Positions 1 through 11,268 of a stretch of 64,000 nt of DNA are shown in pieces. Within the stretch, counting starts at the first letter, position 1, and each line of letters opens with the position of its first letter. The stretch spans positions 24,120,001-24,184,000 of the forward strand of contig NC_087251.1 of the NCBI RefSeq assembly GCF_037042905.1, read 5' to 3'. The notes beneath the pieces were generated by a model. It saw nothing but the letters and a program-made list of their open reading frames with translations, had not been told where the DNA came from and searched no databases. A program made the translations under genes and the position numbers. Source of the stretch: Lytechinus pictus. Lineage: Eukaryota.

Positions 1-477
1 AATCGTCATTTAATACTCGAAATAAAAGTTTGTGAAAACTATCAAAATTCGAATTTATTTTACAACTTAAATTCTTCGATTTAAATGCATTTATCTATTG
101 AATATACATGTATATCAATCGTCCTAATGTCACAAATATTTAAAAAATTTCAAGTAAGATGGACGATATATCATGGTATGTTATCCGAAAGGGGACATGC
201 ATAATTTATCGGGTGGGCATTTTGAAGGTAAAATTGAATATACCGTACATTATAAACACAATTACATGTATAAGTACATACTTAAAACGAGTTACAAAAT
301 TTCTGGCCGCAACTGCCCCTGCCCCCCCCCCCCGGGCCCTGGGATCGATATTTTGACTGGGGGTGCTGATGTAAATATGACAAGCAGAGGTTGTATATAT
401 CTTTTAAAACGCTGTTTAACTATTACCAATGCTGTAAACCCTTGACGCCGATCATACGCCGGGCTGAAAATAGTTAA

Positions 478-1011
478 AGGAGAATGAAACCCTTGGAGCA
501 AGTTAGCTTTGGTGAAAGCAGAAAAATCAAAGAATAAGATCAACAACAGTTTGAGTAAAATAGGACTAGCAATAGAAGAGTTATGAGCATTTGAATGTCG
601 AGATCACTAATGCTATGGAGATCCTCCCATTGGCAATGCGACCAAGATCTATGATGTCACAGATGAACAACATCTCTTTTTGCTCATTCTAATCATTCAT
701 CAATGATATAATGTTGTGAAACCTCTGTACTTGTCCTCTCATAAAGAGAACACCTCACCTTGTGATAGACTCTATAAAAGTGAGAATATAAGTGAAATAA
801 GTACTAAAGTAATGAGGGAGTTGTACGTGTGTGATGGCACAGATCTTGGTCGCATTGCCAATGGGAGGATCTACATGGCATTAGTGATCTCGACATTCAA
901 ATGCTCATAACTTTCTTATTATTCATTCAATCTTCCTCAAACTTTCAACAATATGTTTCTTTAATTTTTCTCTTTGATATGGATTCAGCTGGTTTCAAGG
1001 GTCTTTCTCCT
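478..1011. mobile_element. Palindromic non-autonomous DNA transposon (Kolobok/piggyBac-like MITE, TTAA target)
   Basis: TTAA on both sides (474-477, 1012-1015); imperfect TIR aggagaatgaaacccttg / caagggtctttctcct; ~80-bp internal inverted repeat (580-660 vs 830-911). Confidence 0.7.
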
Positions 1012-1504
1012 TTAACTGTAAATTAAATGTAAATAAAAATATAAAAAATGAAATTTCACTGCGTAAAAATGTGGCATAATCTGATAATAACAAAGTTATT
1101 GATTTTTTTTAAATTTAGCATTGTGAAAACAGTTATACGTACGCCGTCATGATATATAGGTGGGCTCATGATGTCATGTTCCTACCTTCTTTTTCTGTTA
1201 CATGAAATTGAATTTATTTGAAGTTTTCATACAATAGCCAATAGGGAGGAGCGGAAAAATAACTTTCTCTACATTTCCCTCCGTAATCATGATAAAGGAT
1301 AAATTATGTGAGCGCGAGCTGAGGAAATTTGATATTCCGATCTGAAAAGGGGGAAATTTAACATGATTCAATGATGCGAGCTCGAAGTGCATGCTATCTG
1401 AAACTATTTGATATTCCGACCTAGGACTATTCGTAGGAATTCATGAAAAAGATATATATCTCATCAATTAATTGGCCTAATGAGAGTGCGATCTTTAAAT
1501 ATAT

Positions 1505-4500
1505 TGTAACGTGAGACCCTATCAAAATAACCTTTTAAAAATAGTATGCTGCCACCACAATAGTTTAGAGAGTTATTGAGCTCTTGGCCAAGCATAATTT
1601 AACACTTGACCGTAATGAAGAAACTTTTCTTCGATGAGAACTTTAAAGAGCTAGTGAACCACCAATCAGAATAGCTATCTCATGATCCATAATATCTGAG
1701 TTCTACTACGAGCTCCGCGATTGGTCCATCTTCTTGCATCGACCGCCAACTTTTAGCCTCTCCATTCTGCCAGAACCACAGAGGTTGAAGGAGCTCCGAT
1801 GATCTGAAGAAAACCGTCTTTTCTCCCATCACAAGACTTCTGTCATACTCCAGCGTCCTGACCTTCACAGCAGAATTTAACTGGTGAGTTTACTCACTAA
1901 GTGATTTAGTAAGATTTAATTATATAACCATGATATTTCTCATCTTTCATCGATAGAGTTAGCCCTGAACCAAATCTCTATTTACTCACATACAACACGT
2001 TTTGTTCGCCTCGTGTTCTACACACACACGATCAGGCATATCCAGATCACACACGTGCAGTCGTATGGACATAGGCAATCATAGAAGCGGTCAGTCCTTG
2101 CTTCGCAATCAATCATTCTAGTCTTTTCCTCAGTTCTCAAATCTGCTCTTTATCACTGGGTTTCACTAGGTAAGCGTAGTTTTCCAAGCTCGATGACGAG
2201 TTCCGTTTTCTTGCAATATACAAGGTTGGTCTATAAATAAACTAAGAACCCTAACTTAAATAATGCTTAAACTAATTGTACGGTACTTCTTATCCCTAAT
2301 CACATCATCAATCAATCATCACTAATCAATTGATCACCATTTCTAATTCTAAGACTTAACAACAAATCCAATTTATTGGATTCATCATTCTCAACAAACA
2401 CTGATCACTAATCATGTTCCTTCTGTTCAAGTGTGCAAGTCCAATTACTGATTTCCTAAGAAATAACAAGTAAAGTTCAACTGAACTTTAATATAAGAAA
2501 ACTTGAAGTTAACAATTCTGAAACATTTCAACGATAAAATTTTGATATTTACATCACTTTGCATAAGTATGAAAATTCATTGAATATATGGAATGAGCAA
2601 TATAAAATTGTATAACTTACTCTACATAGTAAAGAACCTAAATGTAAGTCTGTGCATGTCACTCTTAAATTGATAGAATGATAAATAGAATAATAATTAA
2701 TTACTAACTTAATAAATCCTATGTATTCACTGTTTTGAATACACTAAGCAATAATCTGTATCAATTGTAAATATCGAGCTGTAGCTAAACTACATCCTAC
2801 TTAGTTCTGTACTTTATACTCCGTAGAGTTGTGTTCTCTCTAAGAATTATTTCAACTTAAGACTGTAATCTACTCTCCACAAAAGTTCCAGGACCAATGG
2901 TTCTTTTCTGTCGTTCTGACTTATGTGAGTAATCCTATCTAAACTGCCAGCAGTTACTCAACACCTTTCTCCATCCAATGTCACTAACCCAATACAACAC
3001 ACCAATCTCCAATAATATCCTTATCCTATCAACCTCTCAACGGGCCTTGTTTACCAGCCTTACAGCGCCTACAAAACTTCCACTCACTTTGTCGGTGTGA
3101 AGTTTGTAACAACATCCAACATTCTGTGTGATGAAAAGCCTCAGAAATCCGTAAATATCTCTAATCATCACGGGTTCAAGAATAGACTCACATAGTACCT
3201 TTCTTAGCATTAAAGCCTACCAGAAACTTTAACCTCGTCCCTGCTGTCTGAGAATACAGCTAAATGAAAACAAGTCTGAAAGACCAACACCTAAGCAATT
3301 ATTCCTATTTCACTGTAACTAAATTTACCATCTATTAATACAGTGTCAATATTCTAAATGAAGAATTAAGCTTCATCTATAAACTGAGTTTACTTCAGTC
3401 TATGACTATAAACATCAAGTATTCTTAATAAAACATGTGAATGACTGCACAGAGAGTTTAAATTATTTACAAGTTGTTTACAAATGCTTTCTGATTGATA
3501 ATCAGCTATTTACATTTCATTGATTATTTACATAGATTACCTTGTAATCAATATTCTAGTTACATTGTATTTGTCAGATTATCAGAATTAATATTCAGTA
3601 TTCTGATCTGAATAACATTAAGTATTCTGATATGTATAACATTAAGTATTCTGATCTGTATAACATGAAGTATTCTGATCTTATAACATGAAGTATTCTG
3701 ATCTTAACAACTACGGGAATAGCATGCTTGACACCTAAGTAACACGTGATCTTAACATCCGAACACTCATGATGACTAGCTTTGTTTAGTGTGATCCTAT
3801 TTGTATATGATGTAAGAAATGTAAATAAATAATCAAAGTCATTAATCCTGAAATTAGAATTGAGTTAACAACTCTATCAATAAATATCCTTTAAACGACC
3901 AATGTGGAAAAATCCCAAAGTCAGATCAATATTCAAAGCGATACCAAAACAACACACATTCCAGAACAACTTGACAGTTTTATGTCAAATGTTACTGACC
4001 AAAAGATAATCTCTGTTTAAAGATTGAAAATCTGACACTAGCCTTTTCCACGTTGGTAGAATAATTCTATCAATGCAGTAATTTAATTTCTCTGACTAGA
4101 TAATTTGATTAAATATTCAGACTGTCAAGAGTCCTAAAAAGGACTGCCTAAATATTGTCATCAAGTCAGAAATAAATTCATAATAATATAAAATGCATAA
4201 ATTATCCAATTTCATAAATAAGGTAATTAAATATCCATTCAGGAGATTCCTTGAAAGATAAATTAACAGTCAGCATTCATGTTCACTATTGTGACTATCA
4301 ATTAATTTCTATCTGCTCCAAACAATTGTTTTCATGTCAAAAAGAGCACTAGTAAGCACCAATAAATGCATTCATATCTTCTCTAGATATCTATCAAACA
4401 ATTAGTAGACTTGACAAATCAATCAAAGTCTGCTAAAGAATAACAAAAGCTGCCCAATTTCTGTGAACAACTGATAAATCCAAGCTGACTATAAAGAAAT

Positions 4501-5493
4501 TCAACAGAGTATTGGTTGCCAAAAAAATCATCACTAATCCCAAAAAGGTGACGAATGATTTCAAATTCCTAGCTAAAATTCATCATTATTCTCACTGAAT
4601 TCCCTGAATGAATCTAAGTGTCATATTATGACGTAATGTACTCACAGAAGAATGTACAATGTAGAAAGAGAAACAGAGAACGAGAATTCTCGAGAGAGTG
4701 AATGTGAATTGTGACTAGGAGAGCTAACTTAACTCGAGAGAGCTTCCAGACGATATGACAAACTCCTCAAACCTCCCCTATTTATAGACTTTTGGCCCCC
4801 CAGGATTTTGGCAATTTCTGAGCTCATTGCATTACGCGGCGGGTTGTTATGTAATTTTAGTGCTTTAAAAACCACTCTTTCCACATAAACATTACGCAGC
4901 AGGATGCTATGCAAATTCAATACTTTAAAATACCAATGATAGCGCGTCTGTGCGCGTATGCGCGCATCAGAGCTTTAGATCCAAGGAAGAGTTCAAAATC
5001 CTGGCGGTAATTGTCTCAGAATAAAGGAAAATAACAGTATCCAAACATGAATGAAGAAATTCCAGCAATAAATTAATGCTGTCATCAACATCCAGAGAAT
5101 CTACACAAAAGGTAAGATTCTAATTTTGACTTAGAGCTATTTAAACGCTCATAAAATTTCATAACAGACCATACCGGTCCCATAAATAGATCATACTGCT
5201 GGCTCTACGTGAATATGGCGTGACTCAGCAGAAATATACCAATTCCTCTGCGCTAACACGTATGCGCGCACACTAGCAATTAATCCAAGTAAATTCACCA
5301 GTCTCTCTCCGGAATTCAGGTCACAGTTCACGTAGTAAAAACAGCTGATCGCCGGCATTCAATGACTATACTGGAGTTCAGTTACGTGATGTAAACAAAC
5401 AAAGCTCAATATTAAAAAATGGAATATGGGGAAATCTAAATCTTTATTTTGAAGATTAGATCTTTCTTTTAACGAAAAGGGGTTTTCTTCACA
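1505..5493 (-). repeat. 3' LTR (3,989 bp)
   Basis: tgtaacgtga...ttcttcaca, repeated at 11737-15725; the only difference noticed by eye is g2045 vs c12277. Confidence 0.97.
3597..3708. repeat. 24-bp tandem repeat (~4.7 copies) inside the LTR; also at 13829-13940
   Basis: Units of agtattctgatctgtataacatta. Confidence 0.85.
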
Positions 5494-5505
5494 CTACCCC
5501 CCGCC
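5494..5505 (-). other. Polypurine tract (PPT)
   Basis: Minus strand ggcggggggtag immediately precedes the TG of the 3' LTR. Confidence 0.85.
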
Positions 5506-5645
5506 AAATAAAGTCACTGTCCCAGTGACTACATTAAAATAGCATTAAATATCAATATATAGCAATACATGAATATTCATGTACATAAAAGTATTCTTAA
5601 ATATCATAAAATACATAAAGATCATACAAAATACATGACAACAAA

Positions 5646-6716
5646 TTACTTTGCAACTTTTGGTCTTTTCTCCGGATAGTGAGAGTCAATTAATCTTCTT
5701 TTTAGAGTGTATCCATTCTTGGTCTTGGTATAATACGATGTCGCAATTGTAACCTTTGATACTATTTGGATCTGTTCACTTTGGCACCCAGGAAGTTTTA
5801 TAGAAATATTCTGTTTATCACCGACAAGTTCAACAATTCTACTTTCTGGTTTATCTTCTGTGTTGCCTTCTGCAATCTGTCTGATTTCCTCCTTCAATCT
5901 CTTCTCCTCATCTTCTAATCTTTTCTTCTCTAACTCCCTTTCTTTCTCTAGTCTCTCTTCTTCCTGTCTTTTTGCTAACTCCTGCTTGGCTTCTTTTTCA
6001 CGTTTCCTTCTCTCTAGCTTCCTCTTTTCTTCCTCTAATCTTTTCTCCTCCTCCTCTATCTTACGTTTCTCCTCTTCTAGCTGCTTTCCTTCCTCATCCA
6101 GTTGCCTCTCCTCTTCTTCTTTCTCCCTACTTTCCTCTAGTTTCCTTCGTTCTTCTATGATCTCTTCGTCTAACTCGTCTACTGTACTCCTATCAACCCT
6201 TTTCCAAACTCTTTCCTGACTATCCTTCCTCCTTCCTTCCTCTATTGCTTCTTGTCGCCTCCTTTCCTCCTCTTTCCTCTTCCTCTGTTCTTCTCGTCTG
6301 TTCTTCTCTTTCTCCCTTTCTTCTTCAATCTGTCTCCTCTTCTCCCTTTCCTGCTGTTCCTCCATCCTGTCTTTAGGCTTAGGCAAAGTTGGGCTAGATC
6401 GTAGCGTGTCTACTTCTTTGGTATGAGCTCTATGATGTCGTTTGTAATGCTGTCTCATTGTCTCTCTTCTCTCAGTCTCGTGATTACATCTTTGACAGTG
6501 AATAAGAAAAGTCATTTGATGAACCTTCCGTAAATGATAGTTTAATTCCGGATAAGTTGAAAATACTCTTTTGCACTGGCTGCATATATAACTTCCATCC
6601 TGGTACTGTAAGATACAAATTACAAAGTATACAAGGCATATAATTGTATGTTGTCATACATACAATAAAAATGATAAAGGAATATTGTTGAATAAATTTC
6701 TGAATACAGTCATCAT
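5646..6716 (-). CDS. Retrotransposon accessory ORF3: two C2H2 zinc fingers + E/K/R coiled coil + basic C-terminus (~322 aa, predicted spliced)
   Basis: The frame of ORF 5646-6515 extends 30 codons upstream to the acceptor tcttacag| at 6605, adding YICSQCKRVFSTYPELNYHLRKVH before IHCQRCNHETERRETMRQHYKRHH. An in-frame caccATGATGACT|gt lies at 6716-6708 (candidate intron 6707-6606). Confidence 0.8.
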
Positions 6717-6741
6717 GGTGAAGATGTATTGCTTCTGTGAC

Positions 6742-8228
6742 TCAAAGTTCAATGTATCTTTGTGGTGGAACCCTGTTTCTATTTGGATTATGCCTGATTT
6801 CTTGTGTCAACCAGTTTTTCAAAGGCTTTCCAGTATAAGCCTTTAGTCGATCGATGTGCACCACCTTTGGTTTGCCTCTCGATGATTCCTGGATTCGATA
6901 TACGACATCAGAAAGTTTGGTTACTACCATAAATGGTCCTTTCCATTTCATGCACAGCTTAGGGCACACTCCTTTCTTCCTTGATGCGTCGAATAACCAC
7001 ACCCATTCTCCAGTCGTAAAACTTCGCTGAATGATATTTCTATCATAAGACTTAGCCTGTCTTTCAGCTGCAATTCCAAGTTTTTCTCTAGCACCTTCAT
7101 GTACCTCGTGTAACTTTTCCCTCACATCACTCACATAGTCTGATTCTTCTTCATTTGCAGGTGTTGGAGAAGGTAACAGCAAATCTACCGGCAGACTGAT
7201 TTCTCTTCCAAGCATCATCATAGCAGGACTCTCTCCAGTTGATTCCTGGACTGCTGATCTGTATGCCAACATCGCGAACGGAATCCTCTCATCCCAGTCC
7301 TTCTGTTCGTCATCTGGATTGAGCAATGACGACACCATACCCAGTAAGGTTCTATTAAATCTTTCTATAAATCCATCTCCTTGTGGGTGTAGTGGGCAAG
7401 TCCTTGTTTTCTTAATACCAAGCATCTTACACATCTCTGCCATCAGCCTTGACTCAAAATTCCTCCCTTGGTCACTATGTAGTTCTTTTGGTATTCCATA
7501 CCGACAAATAAACTCCTCCACTAGTACCCTAGCAACCGTCTCCGCCTCCTGATCTGGTAATGGGTACGATTCTATCCATTTCGTGAAATAGTCTCCCACG
7601 ACTAACACATACTTGTTTCCACTGTCCGTCTCGGGTAAAGGGCCCAAAATGTCCATCGCTACCCTTTCTAGTGGTGCACCAACTCTATATTTCTGAAGTG
7701 GAGCTTTATTCTTCTTTGGGGGGTTTTTCAGCTGTGCACAGATAGTACATCTCTTAATCCACAATCGCACATCTGCAGCAAGTCCAACCCAGTAATATCT
7801 CCTGTGTACTTTATGCAATGTCTTATTGACTCCAAGATGAGCAGCTGTTTGAGAACCATGTAATTCCTCCAGTACTGTACTTCGCAAAGAACGAGGGAGT
7901 ACAATTTTCCAAGTTATCTCCTTTCCATCTTCTGATTCCCATCTCCTCATCAAGACACCTTTTTGTACCTCTAGCAAAGTCCAGTTTACCCAGTAAACCT
8001 TAGTAGCTGATGATAGGTGTGAAACATCTTTCCAGCTCGGTCGCTCACTGCATATTTCCTTCCATCTCAAAATATGTTTTATGTCTCCATCTTGTAACTG
8101 TGCCTTCCTGATTTCCTCTTCAGTTATTGGCGTAAATGTTATGGTAGACATCTCCTTTTCATCACACTCTCCAGCCTCCATGTCAAAATCTCGTGTTAAG
8201 TAAGCACGATAGAATCCAATATAGTTCA
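6742..8228 (-). CDS. Integrase (HHCC, DDE core, GPY/F), in a different frame from RT-RH
   Basis: HGSQTAAH...CTIC, MDILGP, HSDQG, IERFNR, WKGPF; no chromodomain evident. The 5' end is uncertain (candidate acceptor at 8228, or ATG at 8181). Confidence 0.93.
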
Positions 8229-8323
8229 CTATCGAAAAACAATAATATAAATTCAATTAATGTCACAGATTCACAATCAAATAGAAATAAAGTCTTTTTT
8301 TTTTCTCTTTCACTTCCAGTCTT

Positions 8324-10300
8324 CTAAAATCTCCTACAATGTCGGCAATCGGTGCAAGGCCGTCTGGATAACCCATCAGCATTCAAGTGGACACGTCCAG
8401 CACGATGCTCTAAGGTGAGTTGATACTGTGTTATCACTTCAAGCCATCTGGCTAACTGTCCTTCAGGATTCTTAAACTGTAATAGCCACCTAAGTGCACC
8501 ATGATCTGTTCTAACTTTCACTTGTTGTCCATACAGATAATGACGGAAATACTTGAGAAAGTTTACAACAGCTAATAGCTCCCTCCTTGTTACGCAGTAA
8601 TTCTGTTCTGCAGGATTTAGAGTCTTACTGGCATATGCAATAACCCTTTCCTTTCCCTCTTGCTCTTGTGAAAGTACTGCTCCTATTGCAAAATTGCTGG
8701 CGTCTGTATCAAGAATGAATCCAACATTCAGTCTTGGGTAGGCTAGAATTGGGGCGGTCGTTAACAGTCTCTTCATCATCTGAAAAGCCTCCTCGCATTC
8801 TGTTGTCCAGATAAAGGGCTCATCTTTCTTGGTTAGATTGGTAAGTGGTTTCACAACATCAGAGAATTTGAGTATGAATCTCCTGTAGTAGGATGCTAAT
8901 CCAAGGAAACTTCGCACCTCTGTCTGGTTGGTTGGTGTGGGCCATGATTTAACAGCCTCTATCTTATCCGGGTCAGTCTTCACTCCATCGGACGATACCA
9001 CATGTCCCAGATATAAGACCTCCTTCTGAAATAGATGACACTTCTTGGGTTTCAATTTCAGATTTGCTTCTCTTAGTCGCTGTAGAGTTATTCTCATTCT
9101 ATTGATCATCTCAGATACATTAGAGCCATAGACTATTATGTCATCTAGGTAGATTAAGAGTATCTTCCATTGCAGACCTCTGAACACATTTTCCATCAAC
9201 CTCTCAAAAGTAGATGGCGCATTGCAAAGTCCGAATGGCATGACCTCGAACTGGTATAATCCTCCTGGTACCACAAATGCTGATTTTTCTTTAGCGTCAT
9301 CATCTAGTGGAACTTGCCAGTAGCCTGAAGCTAAGTCTAGCGTGCAAAAGTAACTTGCACCTTCAAGAGAATCCAGTGATTCAGCAATGTTAGGTAATGG
9401 AAATGAATCTTTCACAGTATTCTGATTCAGGAGTCTGTAGTCTACGCAGAATCGTTTGGTTCCATCCTTCTTATCCACCAATACTATCGGGGAAGACCAG
9501 GCACTGGATGAAGGTGTGATGATTCCACGTGTAAGCATGTCTTCAATTTGCTGCTCTACTTCTTCCCTCTGTCCCATAGGGTGGCGTCTAGGTCTCTGCC
9601 TAATAGGGGCATTGCTTGTAGTATGGATACTGTGCTTCACCTTGTCAGTACATCCAATATCATGGTCGCCTTTTGAGAATACATCACCGAAATCTGTCAA
9701 TAGGGTAGCAACATCAGAATGGTGAGCATCTTCAATGTTCGGTTTAGCTCTCTCAAAGACATCTGTCAAATGTTCTGGTACCTCCTGTTTGATGACCATT
9801 GCCAATCTGCTACTTCTGTGATTTGTGCACGAAATAGTCTCTCCATGTAAGGTTACCATCATTCGCTCACAATCAATAGTTGCATTTGTTTCTTGTAAGA
9901 AGTCCATTCCAATAATTCCATCCACATCGATTCCAGCTATAATGACAGACACATCATACATCCTTCCAGAAATGCTCATTGGAATAACTGTCTCCCCAAA
10001 TACTTCAATTGGGGTTCCATTGGCTTGTCTCAGTTGAATTTCTGTCTCCTTCACACCTGGCATTCTATCATGGTATGCTTGACCCAAAATAGCTCCAGAC
10101 ACAATAGTTATTGTTGACCCAGTGTCTACCAACATGTATTTTGTTTCACTCCTTATATCTACTGGTATATACATAGCTTGGTTAACATCTCGAATAATGC
10201 AAATCAAGGGATTCGCTGCTTCTAGTTGAAAATCTAGTTCTGTGGACCTGTCTGGTCTGGCCGTCCCGTGGTCCTGCGAGTAGGCCTTCTGTCGTTTCCC
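8324..10300 (-). CDS. pol: pol: aspartic protease - reverse transcriptase - RNase H
   Basis: LVDTGS (PR); RFCVDYR, LDLASGYWQ, MPFGL, YLDD (RT); DTDAS, TRRELLA, RTDH, NADGLSR (RH). It overlaps the gag end in the -1 frame. Confidence 0.96.
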   Translation of the reverse strand, partial: GKRQKAYSQDHGTARPDRSTELDFQLEAANPLICIIRDVNQAMYIPVDIRSETKYMLVDTGSTITIVSGAILGQAYHDRMPGVKETEIQLRQANGTPIEVFGETVIPMSISGRMYDVSVIIAGIDVDGIIGMDFLQETNATIDCERMMVTLHGETISCTNHRSSRLAMVIKQEVPEHLTDVFERAKPNIEDAHHSDVATLLTDFGDVFSKGDHDIGCTDKVKHSIHTTSNAPIRQRPRRHPMGQREEVEQQIEDMLTRGIITPSSSAWSSPIVLVDKKDGTKRFCVDYRLLNQNTVKDSFPLPNIAESLDSLEGASYFCTLDLASGYWQVPLDDDAKEKSAFVVPGGLYQFEVMPFGLCNAPSTFERLMENVFRGLQWKILLIYLDDIIVYGSNVSEMINRMRITLQRLREANLKLKPKKCHLFQKEVLYLGHVVSSDGVKTDPDKIEAVKSWPTPTNQTEVRSFLGLASYYRRFILKFSDVVKPLTNLTKKDEPFIWTTECEEAFQMMKRLLTTAPILAYPRLNVGFILDTDASNFAIGAVLSQEQEGKERVIAYASKTLNPAEQNYCVTRRELLAVVNFLKYFRHYLYGQQVKVRTDHGALRWLLQFKNPEGQLARWLEVITQYQLTLEHRAGRVHLNADGLSRRPCTDCRHCRRF

Positions 10301-11268
10301 TGGTACGGTTTGCTGCAAACACGACTGATGTGTCCAGGCTCTCCACAGTTGAAGCACACAACTCGTGGTGGACCTCCATTCCTGTTCACACTCATCTGCT
10401 TCATCATTGATTTGATTTCTTGTAGGCTTGACTTTAATTCTTGTATCTCCTTCTTTACTCTCTCATCTGCAGGTGACGACTGCACAGCATCCCCTACTGC
10501 TCTGACGTGACGTGGCCTAATCCTCTCTCGTGACTTCTCCGTCTGTAGAAAAGACTCTGTCGTCAACGCAGCTGTAATCGCCTCTTCAAGCGTTCTAGGA
10601 TGAGCCCGGAAAATGGCAGCCCTGATTTCACCATCTTCAATTGCTTCTGAAAAGTGTCCACGAGCAAGCCTCTCTCTAGCATCGTTGCTCAGCTCCGGGT
10701 AGGCTAGGCAAGTCAAATCTCTAATTGCCTGACCTAATTCCTGTAGACTCTCCTTCGGCTGTCGACGCCTAGTCCTCAACTCCAGCAAGAAATTTTCAGC
10801 ATTCTCTCTTGGTCCAAATCGTCGCTCCAAATGGGAAGTGAGATTGGAGTACGTAAGTTCTTGTCCAACTGGAATATTATTCAAGACCTTCAGTGCAGCG
10901 CCTTGCAGTCTCGTGGCAAGATATTGTCCAGCCTCGACATCATCCCAATTATTCAATCTTCTGCAGACGTCAAAGTGTCGGCAATAGTCCGTCCATGGTA
11001 CCTTCCCAGCAAACTTATCCGGCAAAACGTCCCTAGCTCCAGATCCTCTCAGTTTCTTCGGGTCGGTCGTTTGGTGACTCCCAACATAGGAAGCATTATT
11101 TCGGAATTGAGTTGGCGTATAAACCTGGCGCCTCTCCGCAGGAATAGCATCTCCATAATTTGCCATGTCTACCGCTATCTCCGGATCCTGCTCATCTAAT
11201 ACCCAGCTCCTCTGGACTCCATTATTTCCAGGATCTCCTGCTGCCAACTCAGCACTTGGTTCCATCAT
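10234..11268 (-). CDS. gag: gag with CCHC zinc knuckle
   Basis: CFNCGEPGHISRVC knuckle; capsid-like PDKFAG...RRQPKESLQELG; first ATG at 11268 (MMEPS). Confidence 0.92.
   Translation of the reverse strand: MMEPSAELAAGDPGNNGVQRSWVLDEQDPEIAVDMANYGDAIPAERRQVYTPTQFRNNASYVGSHQTTDPKKLRGSGARDVLPDKFAGKVPWTDYCRHFDVCRRLNNWDDVEAGQYLATRLQGAALKVLNNIPVGQELTYSNLTSHLERRFGPRENAENFLLELRTRRRQPKESLQELGQAIRDLTCLAYPELSNDARERLARGHFSEAIEDGEIRAAIFRAHPRTLEEAITAALTTESFLQTEKSRERIRPRHVRAVGDAVQSSPADERVKKEIQELKSSLQEIKSMMKQMSVNRNGGPPRVVCFNCGEPGHISRVCSKPYQGNDRRPTRRTTGRPDQTGPQN
10240..10300 (-). promoter_or_regulatory. -1 ribosomal frameshift signal (G GGA AAC + predicted pseudoknot)
   Basis: Slippery heptamer 10300-10294 is in the correct gag phase; 7-nt spacer; stem ggcc-ta-ctcg / cggg-ac-ggcc with loop ggacc complementary to downstream ggtcc. 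Confidence 0.8.

Noticed and set aside
5860..6219. Ser/Phe/Leu-rich plus-strand ORFs, and other antisense ORFs over gag/pol/MKKS
   Set aside because: They are shadows of coding sequence on the opposite strand.
5646..6515. ORF3 as env
   Set aside because: No signal peptide or TM anchor; it has C2H2 fingers and a charged coiled coil.
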